The translations under genes and the position numbers were made by a program. From an uncultured virus (IMG/VR IMGVR_UViG_3300032820_000002) (lineage: Duplodnaviria > Heunggongvirae > Uroviricota > Caudoviricetes), in the IMG/VR virus record IMGVR_UViG_3300032820_000002: a stretch of 64,000 nt of DNA, one strand, 5' to 3'. Under the pieces are notes generated by a model. That model made no database searches, was not told the DNA's origin, and saw only the letters and a list, made by a program, of their open reading frames with translations. Every line of letters starts with the position of its first letter. Within the stretch, counting starts at the first letter, position 1. This document shows positions 8,627 to 17,982 of this stretch, one piece after another.

Positions 8627-10365
8627 GTTGGAAAAAATATTTTACACCTGTAACAATTGAAAATCAAACTGGAACTTATTCACCTTTTAATAGGTTAAAC
8701 ACTAGTTCTCAAGCTGGACCTGCACGAACAAACTATTCTTCTTATCTACCTGATGTTTATGTTGGTAGTCCAAATCGTGTTGAGCGTTATGGCCAATATA
8801 ATACTATGGATTTAGATTCTGAAGTTTCTGCTGCATTAGATATTCTTGCAGAATTTTGTACACACGAAAACAAAGAGAATTATACTACTTTTAGTTTTGT
8901 TTTTAATAAACAAGCAACAGCTTCGGAAATTAGTATTTTAAGTCAATATTTAAAACAATGGAGTAATCTTCAAAATTTTGAAACTCGAATGTTTAGAATT
9001 TTTCGAAATGTTTTTAAGTATGGTGATCAAATTTTTATTAAAGATCCTGAAACTAAAAAATGGTTTCATGTTGATCCTGCTAAATTATCACGCATAATTG
9101 TAAACGAATCAGAAGGTAAAAAACCAGAACAATATATTATTAGAGATGTAAATCTTAATTTTAGAGAACAGGTTGCTACAACTCCACATCAAACTACAGG
9201 CAATGTTACAGGAGGTGGTAGTGGATACATAGCAGGCGGTGTTCGCGGAATGGTAGGAAACTCTCAACAACAATCAGGTTCTAGGTTTTCAACAGATGAA
9301 CAGGAAATTGCTATTAATGCAGAACATATAGTTCATTTAAGTTTATCTGAAGGTTTAGATAATAATTATCCATTTGGTAATTCGTTACTAGAACAAATTT
9401 TTAAAGTATATAAGCAAAAAGAATTATTAGAAGACGCTATTATTATATATCGTGTACAACGAGCACCAGAAAGGCGAGTATTTTATGTTGACGTAGGAAA
9501 TATGCCTACTCACCTTGCTATGCAGTTTGTCGAGAGAGTAAAAACTGAAATTCATCAAAGACGTATTCCAAGTCAAACGGGTGGCGGCGCTAATGTTATA
9601 GACAGTTCTTACAATCCTTTAAGCATTAATGAAGATTATTTCTTCCCACAAACAGCAGAAGGTAGAGGATCTAAAGTAGAAACATTACCCGGTGGTACTA
9701 ATTTAGGTGAAATTGACGACTTACGTTATTTTACTAATAAACTTGTACGCGGTTTACGGATACCTTCTAGTTATTTGCCTACAGGAGCAGACGATGCTAC
9801 TAGTTCTTATAACGATGGAAGAGTGGGTACAGCATATATACAAGAATTACGCTTTAATAAGTATTGTGAACGCTTACAAGGACTATTAACAGAAGAATTT
9901 GATAAAGAATTTAAAGTTTACTTGTTAGAAAAAGGCATAAACATTGATACATCAATGTTTGATTTAAAATTTCATCCACCTCAAAACTTTGCCCAATACA
10001 GACAATCAGAACTTGACAATGCTAGAGTTCCTACATTTACACAAATGATGTCTGTTCCTTATGTAAGTAATAGATTTGCATTAAAACGTTTCTTAGGAAT
10101 GTCAGATGAAGAAATTGCTGAGAATGAAAAATTGTGGAGAGAAGAAAATGAAGAAACACTTATACCACCTCAAGAAGATGCTACAGGAGAAATGAGGGGT
10201 ATTGGAATTAGTTCAGCAGGAATTTCAGCAGATATAGACGGAGCAGAAGATATTCTTGATGCAGATGTTCCTCCTGAGGAAGGAGGAGAAACGGCACCAC
10301 CTGAAACTGCTACAGCAGGCGAAGGACCAGCAACACCTCCACCAGCTGGCGAACAAACGATATAA
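8623..10365 (+). CDS. gp20: Portal protein
   Basis: LLEDAIIIYRVQRAPERRVFYVDVGNMP, EDYFFP..GRGSKVETLPGG.NLGEIDD. Confidence 0.97.
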   Translation: MSWKKYFTPVTIENQTGTYSPFNRLNTSSQAGPARTNYSSYLPDVYVGSPNRVERYGQYNTMDLDSEVSAALDILAEFCTHENKENYTTFSFVFNKQATASEISILSQYLKQWSNLQNFETRMFRIFRNVFKYGDQIFIKDPETKKWFHVDPAKLSRIIVNESEGKKPEQYIIRDVNLNFREQVATTPHQTTGNVTGGGSGYIAGGVRGMVGNSQQQSGSRFSTDEQEIAINAEHIVHLSLSEGLDNNYPFGNSLLEQIFKVYKQKELLEDAIIIYRVQRAPERRVFYVDVGNMPTHLAMQFVERVKTEIHQRRIPSQTGGGANVIDSSYNPLSINEDYFFPQTAEGRGSKVETLPGGTNLGEIDDLRYFTNKLVRGLRIPSSYLPTGADDATSSYNDGRVGTAYIQELRFNKYCERLQGLLTEEFDKEFKVYLLEKGINIDTSMFDLKFHPPQNFAQYRQSELDNARVPTFTQMMSVPYVSNRFALKRFLGMSDEEIAENEKLWREENEETLIPPQEDATGEMRGIGISSAGISADIDGAEDILDADVPPEEGGETAPPETATAGEGPATPPPAGEQTI

Positions 10366-10373
10366 ATACTAAC

Positions 10374-10619
10374 ATGATACTACGTGAATTATTTTACTTC
10401 AATAAAGATACGCTTCAATCAGAAGAAGACGATCGTTATGATCCCGATTATGATCAATCAATATTAGATCCTGATGATACTCGTAAAACACGTTTAACTT
10501 TGGGAGACATCTCAAGGGCAAGAAAATCAGCAGAACTACATAAAAAAGAAAAATCTAAAGAATTAGATTTAGTAAGACAAATGTATGGAATTGCTGCGCA
10601 GGCTGCTGTTGGTGTTTAA
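10374..10619 (+). CDS. Hypothetical head-module protein
   Basis: 81 aa, TATAAATA 5 nt upstream of ATG; DTRKTRLTL motif. Confidence 0.75.
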   Translation: MILRELFYFNKDTLQSEEDDRYDPDYDQSILDPDDTRKTRLTLGDISRARKSAELHKKEKSKELDLVRQMYGIAAQAAVGV

Positions 10620-10624
10620 CTTAA

Positions 10625-11368
10625 ATGGCCAAACTAAATAAGGCTGATTATACAAAAGAAGCTTGGCGAAAATTAAAACAAGAAAAAAAGTTAGAAAAAG
10701 CTGCCAAACGAGCAGCAAAAGCAGAAGCAAAAGCAAAATCTCAAAAACTTAACACAACTCCCCATCAAGAATGTGCCTTTGTTTTAGGCAACGGTCTAAG
10801 TCGACAACCCGTTAATCTTTATTCTTTAAAATCGTATGGTCCTATTTATGGTTGTAATGCAATATATAGAGACTTTGATCCAGACTATCTTGTTGCTGTT
10901 GATGTTAAAATGGTTTTAGAAATTAATCGCGTAAAATATCAAATTAAAAATCCCAATGTCTGGACTAATCCTAATAAAGCATATGATACTTTTCCTAATC
11001 TTAGTTTTTTTAGTCCAAGCAAAGGTTGGAGTTCTGGACCTACTGCATTATGGTTTGCAACTACACACGGACATAAGAAAATTTTTATTCTTGGCTTTGA
11101 TTTTACAGGAACAAATGGTGGAAAACATTTTAATAACATTTATTCAGATACAGAAAATTATAAAAAATTAAGAGATGGTCCTACATATTATGGAAATTGG
11201 TTGAAGCAAACTGTTGACGTTATTAGAGAAAACCCTAGCATAAATTTTATTAGAGTTATAGCATCAGATAATTTTTGTCCCGACGAACTAAATAATTTTA
11301 ACAATTATAAGACCATTCGATTAAAAGAATTCGGTAAAATTTTTGGATTTTCAGTAGAAGATCCTTAA
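10625..11368 (+). CDS. Putative glycosyltransferase-like protein (MAF_flag10/DUF115-like fold)
   Basis: AFVLGNGLSR, YGCNAIYRD, SSGPTAL, IFILGFD motifs; Lys/Ala-rich N-terminal tail. Confidence 0.55.
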   Translation: MAKLNKADYTKEAWRKLKQEKKLEKAAKRAAKAEAKAKSQKLNTTPHQECAFVLGNGLSRQPVNLYSLKSYGPIYGCNAIYRDFDPDYLVAVDVKMVLEINRVKYQIKNPNVWTNPNKAYDTFPNLSFFSPSKGWSSGPTALWFATTHGHKKIFILGFDFTGTNGGKHFNNIYSDTENYKKLRDGPTYYGNWLKQTVDVIRENPSINFIRVIASDNFCPDELNNFNNYKTIRLKEFGKIFGFSVEDP

Positions 11369-11468
11369 ATTGCTCATTTTGAGCCTATATTACACCTGAT
11401 TTACCCGAAATATTGTAAATATATTAGACAGCCTTACCATAGGTAAAATATTTTTAAGGAGACACAAA

Positions 11469-12431
11469 ATGGCAGATCCAAAGAAATTTGAAGAAATGCT
11501 TGAACGCCTAATTAATGAAGATAAAGCAGGTGCAGAAGAGCTTTTCCATGAAATCGTAGTTGAGAAATCACGCGAAATTTATGAAACACTTTTAGAAAAA
11601 GATCTAGAAGATGATGAAGAAGTTGATGAAACTTCTAAAGAAGATGACGACGATGTCGAAGAAGCTTCCAAAAAAGACGATGACGAAGTTGAAGAAGCTT
11701 CTGATTCCGACGATGATGACGAAGTTGATGAAGATTTTGATCTAGACGAATTTGAAATTGACGCCGATGTAGATGCCGATGCACCAGTACTAGGAAGCGA
11801 CGAAGACGCAACCGATGATATGATGGCTGACGTTGAAATGCCCGATGAAGAAGGTGAAGAAGGCGGCGAAGAAGAAATTGAAGATCGTGTAGAAGACCTT
11901 GAAGACGCACTTGACGAGTTAAAAGCTGAATTTGAAGAGCTAATGGCTGGTGATGCAGGCGGCGAAGAAGGCGAAGAAGAAATGGGAGACGAAGAAGGTG
12001 CAGAAATGGAACTACCTGGTGAAGACGATGCCGGAATGGAAGTAGAACCAGAAGAAGCTATTGAAGTACCTACTGAAGCTGTAGAAGATGACGAAGACGA
12101 AGTTGAAGAATCAAAAGCTCCGATGTCTGATACAGAGCAGATGCGCGAATATGTTGAAAAAGTAACAGCATCAATGGGCGATGACGGTGCAAACACCAAG
12201 TCCGTAGTAGCTGGTGCAAATGACATGGGCGGTTCTGCAAAAAACTTGGCACAAGGTAAAGAAGAAAGCGGACGTTCTGCTCCTTCTACTACTGAAGAAG
12301 ACTTTGATAACGTAAACGTTCCAGGTGGAAAGGCTGCTAAGTCATTGTCAAAAAATGCCAAAGGCCACGGCGCTGAGAAAAAAGGCGCAGGCGAAGAAGG
12401 TTCTACTAATAAAAAGTCAATTGTTGCTTAA
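11469..12431 (+). CDS. Highly acidic prohead core protein
   Basis: Asp/Glu-rich 320 aa, AAGGAG RBS, between portal and protease. Confidence 0.7.
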   Translation: MADPKKFEEMLERLINEDKAGAEELFHEIVVEKSREIYETLLEKDLEDDEEVDETSKEDDDDVEEASKKDDDEVEEASDSDDDDEVDEDFDLDEFEIDADVDADAPVLGSDEDATDDMMADVEMPDEEGEEGGEEEIEDRVEDLEDALDELKAEFEELMAGDAGGEEGEEEMGDEEGAEMELPGEDDAGMEVEPEEAIEVPTEAVEDDEDEVEESKAPMSDTEQMREYVEKVTASMGDDGANTKSVVAGANDMGGSAKNLAQGKEESGRSAPSTTEEDFDNVNVPGGKAAKSLSKNAKGHGAEKKGAGEEGSTNKKSIVA

Positions 12432-12458
12432 TTAGTGGAAGTAATTTAAGGATTTTGA

Positions 12459-13082
12459 ATGCGGAATTTATGTGAGACCTTAACATTCGATCAGGCACAG
12501 ATGGTCGTTGAATCTGCCAATGAAGGCAAAGACCTTTTTATGAAAGGAATTTGTATTCAAGGAGGTGTACGCAATGCTAATCAGCGTGTATATCCCGTGA
12601 ATGAAATTGGTAGGGCTGTCAAAACCCTTAACGATCAAGTGACGGGCGGATATTCGGTTTTAGGTGAAGTCGATCATCCAGAAGGACTTAATATTAATTT
12701 AGATCGTGTAAGCCATATGATTACAGAGATGTGGATGGATGGCCCAAACGGTTATGGGAAATTAAAAATACTACCTACCCCGATGGGACAACTAGTTCAA
12801 ACAATGCTTGAAAGCGGAGTTAAATTAGGCGTTTCATCGCGTGGTAGTGGTAATGTTACAGAAGACGGTTCGGGAGAAGTTTCCGAATTTGAAATTATTA
12901 CTGTTGATGTTGTGGCTCAGCCCAGCGCACCAGGTGCATATCCTACTGCAATTTATGAACAATTAATGAATTCTAGGGGAGGATATCAGGCATACGAATT
13001 AGCAAAGGCAACAAGAAACGATACAAAGGCTCAAAAGTATTTAAAAGAATCGCTGATTAACTTAATCGGTCGACTCCAATAA
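12459..13082 (+). CDS. gp21: Prohead protease
   Basis: NANQRVYP, GEVDHP, LGVSSRGSG, TVDVVAQPSAPGA. Confidence 0.95.
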   Translation: MRNLCETLTFDQAQMVVESANEGKDLFMKGICIQGGVRNANQRVYPVNEIGRAVKTLNDQVTGGYSVLGEVDHPEGLNINLDRVSHMITEMWMDGPNGYGKLKILPTPMGQLVQTMLESGVKLGVSSRGSGNVTEDGSGEVSEFEIITVDVVAQPSAPGAYPTAIYEQLMNSRGGYQAYELAKATRNDTKAQKYLKESLINLIGRLQ

Positions 13083-13097
13083 CTAGGAGAAATAAAC

Positions 13098-14228
13098 ATG
13101 TTGGATGCACTAAAAACTCTATTTGAAAACGATGTTGTTTCAGAAGAAGTGCGCCGCGAGATCGAGGAAGCATGGGAAGCAAAGGTAAAAGAAAATCGCC
13201 TTGCTGTTACTGCTGAACTTCGTGAAGAGTTTGCTCAGAAATATGAACATGATAAGCATGTAATGGTGGAAGCTATTGATGCTTTGGTTACTGAGAAATT
13301 AGCAGAAGAAATGAATGAGTTTGCTGACGATCGCAAACAACTAGCTGAAGCTAAAGCAAAATATGCAGTAGCAATGCGTGAAAATGCAATTGTACTCAAA
13401 GAATTTGTTTTAAATTCATTAGCTAAAGAAGTTTCTGAACTACACGAAGATCAAAAAATAATGGCTAACAACTTTTCAAAACTCGAGGAATTTGTGGTAG
13501 ACTCCTTAGCTAATGAAATAGCTGAGTTTTACGAAGACAAAAAAGACGTGGCAGAAACTAAGGTACGCCTTATTAAAGATGCCAAAAAACACTTGACTAA
13601 AGTTAAAGAAAACTTTATTCAACACAGTGCAAAAACAGTATCTAAAACAGTTGACAAAGCCCTACGTGGCGAAATTACTCAACTTAAAAATGATATTGAA
13701 GTTGCACGTAGAAATGATTTTGGACGTAAAGTCTTTGAAGCATTTGCAAATGAATATGCCGGAAGTTATTTAAATAAAAAATCCGAAACTGCTAAACTTT
13801 TAAAAGTTATTAATACAAAAGATAAGCAACTAGCAGAAGCAAAAACATTTGCTGTAAAAGCTAAGAAGGTAGTGGAAGCACAAGAGAGACAAAAAGACTC
13901 ACTTATCGAAACTGCAAAGCGTAAAGAAATTATGAATGGTTTAATTGCACCATTGAGCAAACCTCAACAAGAAATTATGACAGACTTACTGGAAAGTATT
14001 CAAACTAGCAGACTACAGTCACAGTTTGAAAAATATTTGCCAACAGTTATTGATGGCGAAGCACCAGAAAAGCAGAAGAAGGCTAAATTGATAGAAGGCA
14101 AAGAAATTACAGGCAACAGAGAAATAGTAAAAACTAGTAAAACAGTAGACGATTCAAATGTCATTGATATTAAACGTTTAGCTGGACTTATTCCAGCCGG
14201 CGAGACTCGTTTAGCTGGGATAAATTAA
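13098..14228 (+). CDS. gp22: Prohead scaffold protein
   Basis: Coiled-coil protein between protease and capsid; AGGAG RBS. Confidence 0.85.
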   Translation: MLDALKTLFENDVVSEEVRREIEEAWEAKVKENRLAVTAELREEFAQKYEHDKHVMVEAIDALVTEKLAEEMNEFADDRKQLAEAKAKYAVAMRENAIVLKEFVLNSLAKEVSELHEDQKIMANNFSKLEEFVVDSLANEIAEFYEDKKDVAETKVRLIKDAKKHLTKVKENFIQHSAKTVSKTVDKALRGEITQLKNDIEVARRNDFGRKVFEAFANEYAGSYLNKKSETAKLLKVINTKDKQLAEAKTFAVKAKKVVEAQERQKDSLIETAKRKEIMNGLIAPLSKPQQEIMTDLLESIQTSRLQSQFEKYLPTVIDGEAPEKQKKAKLIEGKEITGNREIVKTSKTVDDSNVIDIKRLAGLIPAGETRLAGIN

Positions 14229-14238
14229 GGAGAAAATA

Positions 14239-15408
14239 ATGTCAGAACTACTAGAAAGTCGCTGGCAGGATACCAAAGGTGCCCTTCTTGAAGGCCTTAT
14301 AGGCACAAAGAAAGCCGTTATGGCAACTACTCTGGAAAATACTCGTAAGTATTTGTCAGAAGCTGCTACTGGTGGCGCTACTTCTGCCGGAAATGTCGCA
14401 ACTCTTAACAGAGTTATTTTACCCGTTATTAGACGTGTAATGCCAACCGTTATTGCTAACGAATTAGTTGGTGTTCAGCCTATGACAGGTCCTGTGGGAC
14501 AAATCCACACTCTGCGTGTTCGCTATAGCGACACCAATGATAATGTAGTAGCTGGTGAGGAAGCACTTTCCCCATTCAAGATTGCTACAGCATATTCAGG
14601 TACTGGTACAGACCCAGCAGGCGTTGCAGATGCAACGGCTACGTTAGAAGGGTCAGCTGGTCGAAGAATGTCAATCCAGATCATGAAGCAAACTGTTGAA
14701 GCAAAAACTCGTAAGTTGTCAGCTCGCTGGACTTTTGAGGCTGCTCAGGATGCACAATCACAGCATGGTATTGACGTTGAAGCAGAAATTATGGCTGCTT
14801 TAGCACAAGAAATTACCGCTGAAATTGATCAGGAAGTTCTCAATAGCCTAGGTACCCTAGCTGGTACGGCTGCTGAAACATATGACCAAGCTGCTGTAAG
14901 TGGTACTGCTACTTTTGTTGGTGATGAACATGCTGCTTTAGCTGTTCAAATCAATCGCGTTAGCAATTTAATTGCACAACGTACACGTCGCGGTGCAGGT
15001 AACTGGTGTGTTGTTAGCCCATTTGCGTTAACAATTCTACAGTCTGCAACAACTTCAGCTTTTGCACGTACCACAGAAGGTACTTTTGAAGCTCCAACTA
15101 ACACAAAGTTAGTAGGTACTTTGAATAGTGCAATGAAAGTATATGTTAACACATATGCTGCTGATAGTGCCGACGTATTGGTTGGTTATAAAGGTTCAAG
15201 CGAATCTGATGCTGCTGCATTCTATTGCCCATACATCCCATTGATGTCAAGCGGTGTAGTGTTAGATCCTAGTTCATTCGAGCCAGTCGTATCATTTATG
15301 ACACGATATGGTTACGTTGAGCTTTCTAACTCAGCAAGTTCGCTAGGTAATGCTGCTGATTACTTGAGTAAAGTAGCAATTACTAACGCTAACGTTAGCT
15401 TCCAGTAA
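14239..15408 (+). CDS. gp23: Major capsid protein
   Basis: LVGVQPMTGPVGQI, VEAKTRKL.ARWT.EAAQD, AEIDQE, FYCPYIPL, FMTRYG. Confidence 0.97.
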   Translation: MSELLESRWQDTKGALLEGLIGTKKAVMATTLENTRKYLSEAATGGATSAGNVATLNRVILPVIRRVMPTVIANELVGVQPMTGPVGQIHTLRVRYSDTNDNVVAGEEALSPFKIATAYSGTGTDPAGVADATATLEGSAGRRMSIQIMKQTVEAKTRKLSARWTFEAAQDAQSQHGIDVEAEIMAALAQEITAEIDQEVLNSLGTLAGTAAETYDQAAVSGTATFVGDEHAALAVQINRVSNLIAQRTRRGAGNWCVVSPFALTILQSATTSAFARTTEGTFEAPTNTKLVGTLNSAMKVYVNTYAADSADVLVGYKGSSESDAAAFYCPYIPLMSSGVVLDPSSFEPVVSFMTRYGYVELSNSASSLGNAADYLSKVAITNANVSFQ

Positions 15409-15442
15409 AATGTAAGTTAACAGTTACTTAGGTAACAGAATT

Positions 15443-15470
15443 AAGAGTGACTTCGGTCACTCTTTTTTTT
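15443..15470 (+). terminator. Rho-independent terminator after gp23
   Basis: AAGAGTGAC-TTCG-GTCACTCTT with UUCG loop and T-run. Confidence 0.9.
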
Positions 15471-15490
15471 GGTTTTTTTTCCAAAATAGG

Positions 15491-15519
15491 TTGACAAACT
15501 AATATAGATCATGTATATT
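15491..15519 (+). promoter_or_regulatory. Sigma70-type promoter
   Basis: TTGACA-17 nt-TATATT. Confidence 0.8.
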
Positions 15520-15526
15520 AGTACTT

Positions 15527-15730
15527 GTAATGAGGACGCTCATTACACGGGTTGCAGGGAAGAGGTGTAGTCGAAGCACCGAACCTGGCTTGTCAGGGGT
15601 AGTACCCAGGGGCCTACTCGAAAGAGAACGGTTTCACATTGTGCCTACTAGCACAGGACAAGGCGTTGCCGCAAAATCGAACAAGGGATTTGGACGGCAG
15701 CTGGAGGTAATCCCAAGTCCTTCACCCACC
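15527..15730 (+). ncRNA. Candidate structured ncRNA (about 200 nt), stand-alone transcription unit
   Basis: GC-rich island between a sigma70 promoter and a terminator; multiple hairpins, a closing helix and two potential pseudoknots. Confidence 0.75.
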
Positions 15731-15743
15731 TTTTTTAGAAAGG

Positions 15744-15776
15744 GCCTAGTACTATTTTGTACTAGGCTTTTTCTTT
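15744..15776 (+). terminator. Rho-independent terminator
   Basis: GCCTAGTAC-TATTTT-GTACTAGGC followed by TTTTTCTTT. Confidence 0.85.
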
Positions 15777-15866
15777 ATTCCTTTCTCAAAAAATCATTGC
15801 ATACACATTAGTTCTTTGTATGATAAATACTTTATCAATGAGAGTATACCGCATTAGGATTAAATA

Positions 15867-16904
15867 ATGTCAAAAATTTTAAGAGTAGGAAACGGCGACT
15901 ATAAAATTTTAGTTAAACAAGGAGGTAGTATCACGTTAGATACTACTGATAATGCCCTTGATAAAACCGGAACAGTTGTAGTTACTGGTAATTTAGAAAT
16001 TAAAGGAACAACAACCACTGTTGATTCTACCATAGTTACCATTGCAGATAATATTATTGTTCTTTCTAAAGATAATGTTGCTGCTGGAATTCCTGCTAGT
16101 TTAAATTATAGAAGTGGAATAGAAATAGAAAGAGGAAGTTTATTAAATTCCCGTGTAGTATATGATGAACAAATAAATTGGACAACAGGTGGTTCTTCAG
16201 GTGCAGGAACTTTTACTTTTGAACAAGGAGTTACAACAATTCCTATTAAAGCAAGTGGAATGTTAAATTCAGGTAGTATCTATTTACAACCCATAGGCGG
16301 AACTGTATCTGTAACAAATACTACAAATTATGAAGAACGAGTATATTTTTATGACGGCGGCGTAGTAACTGATCCTGGAGATGGAATTGTTATAAGAGAT
16401 GACGACCATTTACCTAATGCAAAAGGTATAGCAGATTATGTAACTTATATTTTAGCCCAAGGTGCATTTCAAGATAGGATAGAAGAAGGTGCTTATGGGG
16501 ACGAAACATATGTAGAAACTAAAGATTTTAGTGAAACAGGATTAGAAAGTAATGTAGAAATTGGCGTAGATGGTAATGCAGTAGGTAACTTTTATTCTAA
16601 TAGAATAGACTTATTTGATGTAAGAATTAGTGCAAATCGAATCTCATCAACAGCTAGTAACCAAAACTTAATACTAAGTGCTCCTGGTACAGGAACAGTC
16701 CAAATTACAGATATTTTAGAAATGTCAGAAACGCCTCATGCTGATGATGTTTCGATTGATCCTGGAACCCCTTCAGACGGAATAAAAGTTTATTCTAAAA
16801 CACAAGCAGGCGGCGGCACAGGATTATATTTCGCAAATAAAAGTGCAACCGCCGACGAAATAATAAGTAGAAATAGAGCATTAATTTTTAGTATGATATT
16901 CTAA
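15867..16904 (+). CDS. Virion structural protein (fibre/baseplate-associated)
   Basis: Late promoter; VTGNLEIKGTTTTVDS..IADNIIVL and GIEIERG motifs typical of phage fibre proteins. Confidence 0.7.
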   Translation: MSKILRVGNGDYKILVKQGGSITLDTTDNALDKTGTVVVTGNLEIKGTTTTVDSTIVTIADNIIVLSKDNVAAGIPASLNYRSGIEIERGSLLNSRVVYDEQINWTTGGSSGAGTFTFEQGVTTIPIKASGMLNSGSIYLQPIGGTVSVTNTTNYEERVYFYDGGVVTDPGDGIVIRDDDHLPNAKGIADYVTYILAQGAFQDRIEEGAYGDETYVETKDFSETGLESNVEIGVDGNAVGNFYSNRIDLFDVRISANRISSTASNQNLILSAPGTGTVQITDILEMSETPHADDVSIDPGTPSDGIKVYSKTQAGGGTGLYFANKSATADEIISRNRALIFSMIF

Positions 16905-16915
16905 GAGGAAACAAA

Positions 16916-17278
16916 ATGGCAATTATCAATTATCAACTAACCACAGCGCAACTAAATGCAGTGACAGTACCTGCTGCGAAACAGTATGCAATTACAAATA
17001 TAATGGTTTGTAATACATACGATCCAACAGGAGGAAGTCCAGAGCTTCATGATGCAACTTTTACAATGCATTTAATTCCAGATGGTGATTCGTTGACAAA
17101 TGCGGTAACAACTGTTATTAAAGTCCTTTCATTACCTGCAGGAGAAACATTTACATTCGATTCAGAAAAAATCGTTTTAGGAGCAGGAGATATGTTATCT
17201 TTTACTGCTACTTCAGAAACTCCTCCGGGTGCTGGACTTACAGACTTAGCAGTTACAGTTAGTTATTTGGAAGTTTAA
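16916..17278 (+). CDS. Small beta-sandwich virion protein
   Basis: 120 aa; similar in pattern to 22083-22412 and 37131-37448 (I.V.N ... EKIVLGAGD.L). Confidence 0.7.
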   Translation: MAIINYQLTTAQLNAVTVPAAKQYAITNIMVCNTYDPTGGSPELHDATFTMHLIPDGDSLTNAVTTVIKVLSLPAGETFTFDSEKIVLGAGDMLSFTATSETPPGAGLTDLAVTVSYLEV

Positions 17279-17279
17279 T

Positions 17280-17951
17280 ATGCGTTTAATAAAAGCTCAA
17301 AATACAAACTTGAGAACTATTTACGGTAAAGGCGTTAAGTATGACGTAGATGATCAAGTTATAATTGATAGCACAAACACTGTTCTTATGCCTAAAGGAA
17401 CTACAGCACAACGTCCTACATCTCCAAATAATGGACATGTTAGGTACAATACTGATGACGAGCAATTAGAAGCATATCAAAACGGTGCCTGGAGAGAAAT
17501 TCGTTTCAAAGAACCTAATCAAGATCCTAGCATTGTACAACAAAACTTAGGTAATGGTGATGCAACTATTGTACTTTTTGGTCCATTAGATAGTCAAGAT
17601 ACCGATTATCCTGCGCCCGCAGCAGCTCAAAATGTTCTTGTATTTGTAGAAAATGTTTTTCAAGTATCTACTACTAACTACACTCTTGTACAAAATCCTT
17701 CTACAACTAACACTGGACAAGAAGTTGTAGCAGGTGCATTTGTAGTATCCACAGAATATATTATTACAGTAACAGGAACAACAGACTTCACTCTTATAGG
17801 TGCAGCCAACAGTAACGTAGGTACAGTATTTACAGCAACCGGTGTCGGTTCTGGAGATGGTGAAGCAAGACCTACTGGTTATTACCTACAATTTACTTCT
17901 GCACCTGACTTAGCAAAACCCGTAACTGCATTACATAACTTCGACAAATAA
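17280..17951 (+). CDS. Virion structural protein
   Basis: PKGTTAQRP..G.VRYNTD...EAY motif shared with the next two genes. Confidence 0.7.
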   Translation: MRLIKAQNTNLRTIYGKGVKYDVDDQVIIDSTNTVLMPKGTTAQRPTSPNNGHVRYNTDDEQLEAYQNGAWREIRFKEPNQDPSIVQQNLGNGDATIVLFGPLDSQDTDYPAPAAAQNVLVFVENVFQVSTTNYTLVQNPSTTNTGQEVVAGAFVVSTEYIITVTGTTDFTLIGAANSNVGTVFTATGVGSGDGEARPTGYYLQFTSAPDLAKPVTALHNFDK

Positions 17952-17982
17952 TCCAATAAATACTTGTGTCAAGGAGAATTAG

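Noticed and set aside
11579..12361. 260-aa Ser-rich minus-strand ORF
   Set aside because: Antisense shadow of GAA/GAT-rich codons in the acidic core gene
15530..15811. 93-aa ORF after gp23
   Set aside because: Atypical composition, runs through a terminator, coincides with the structured RNA
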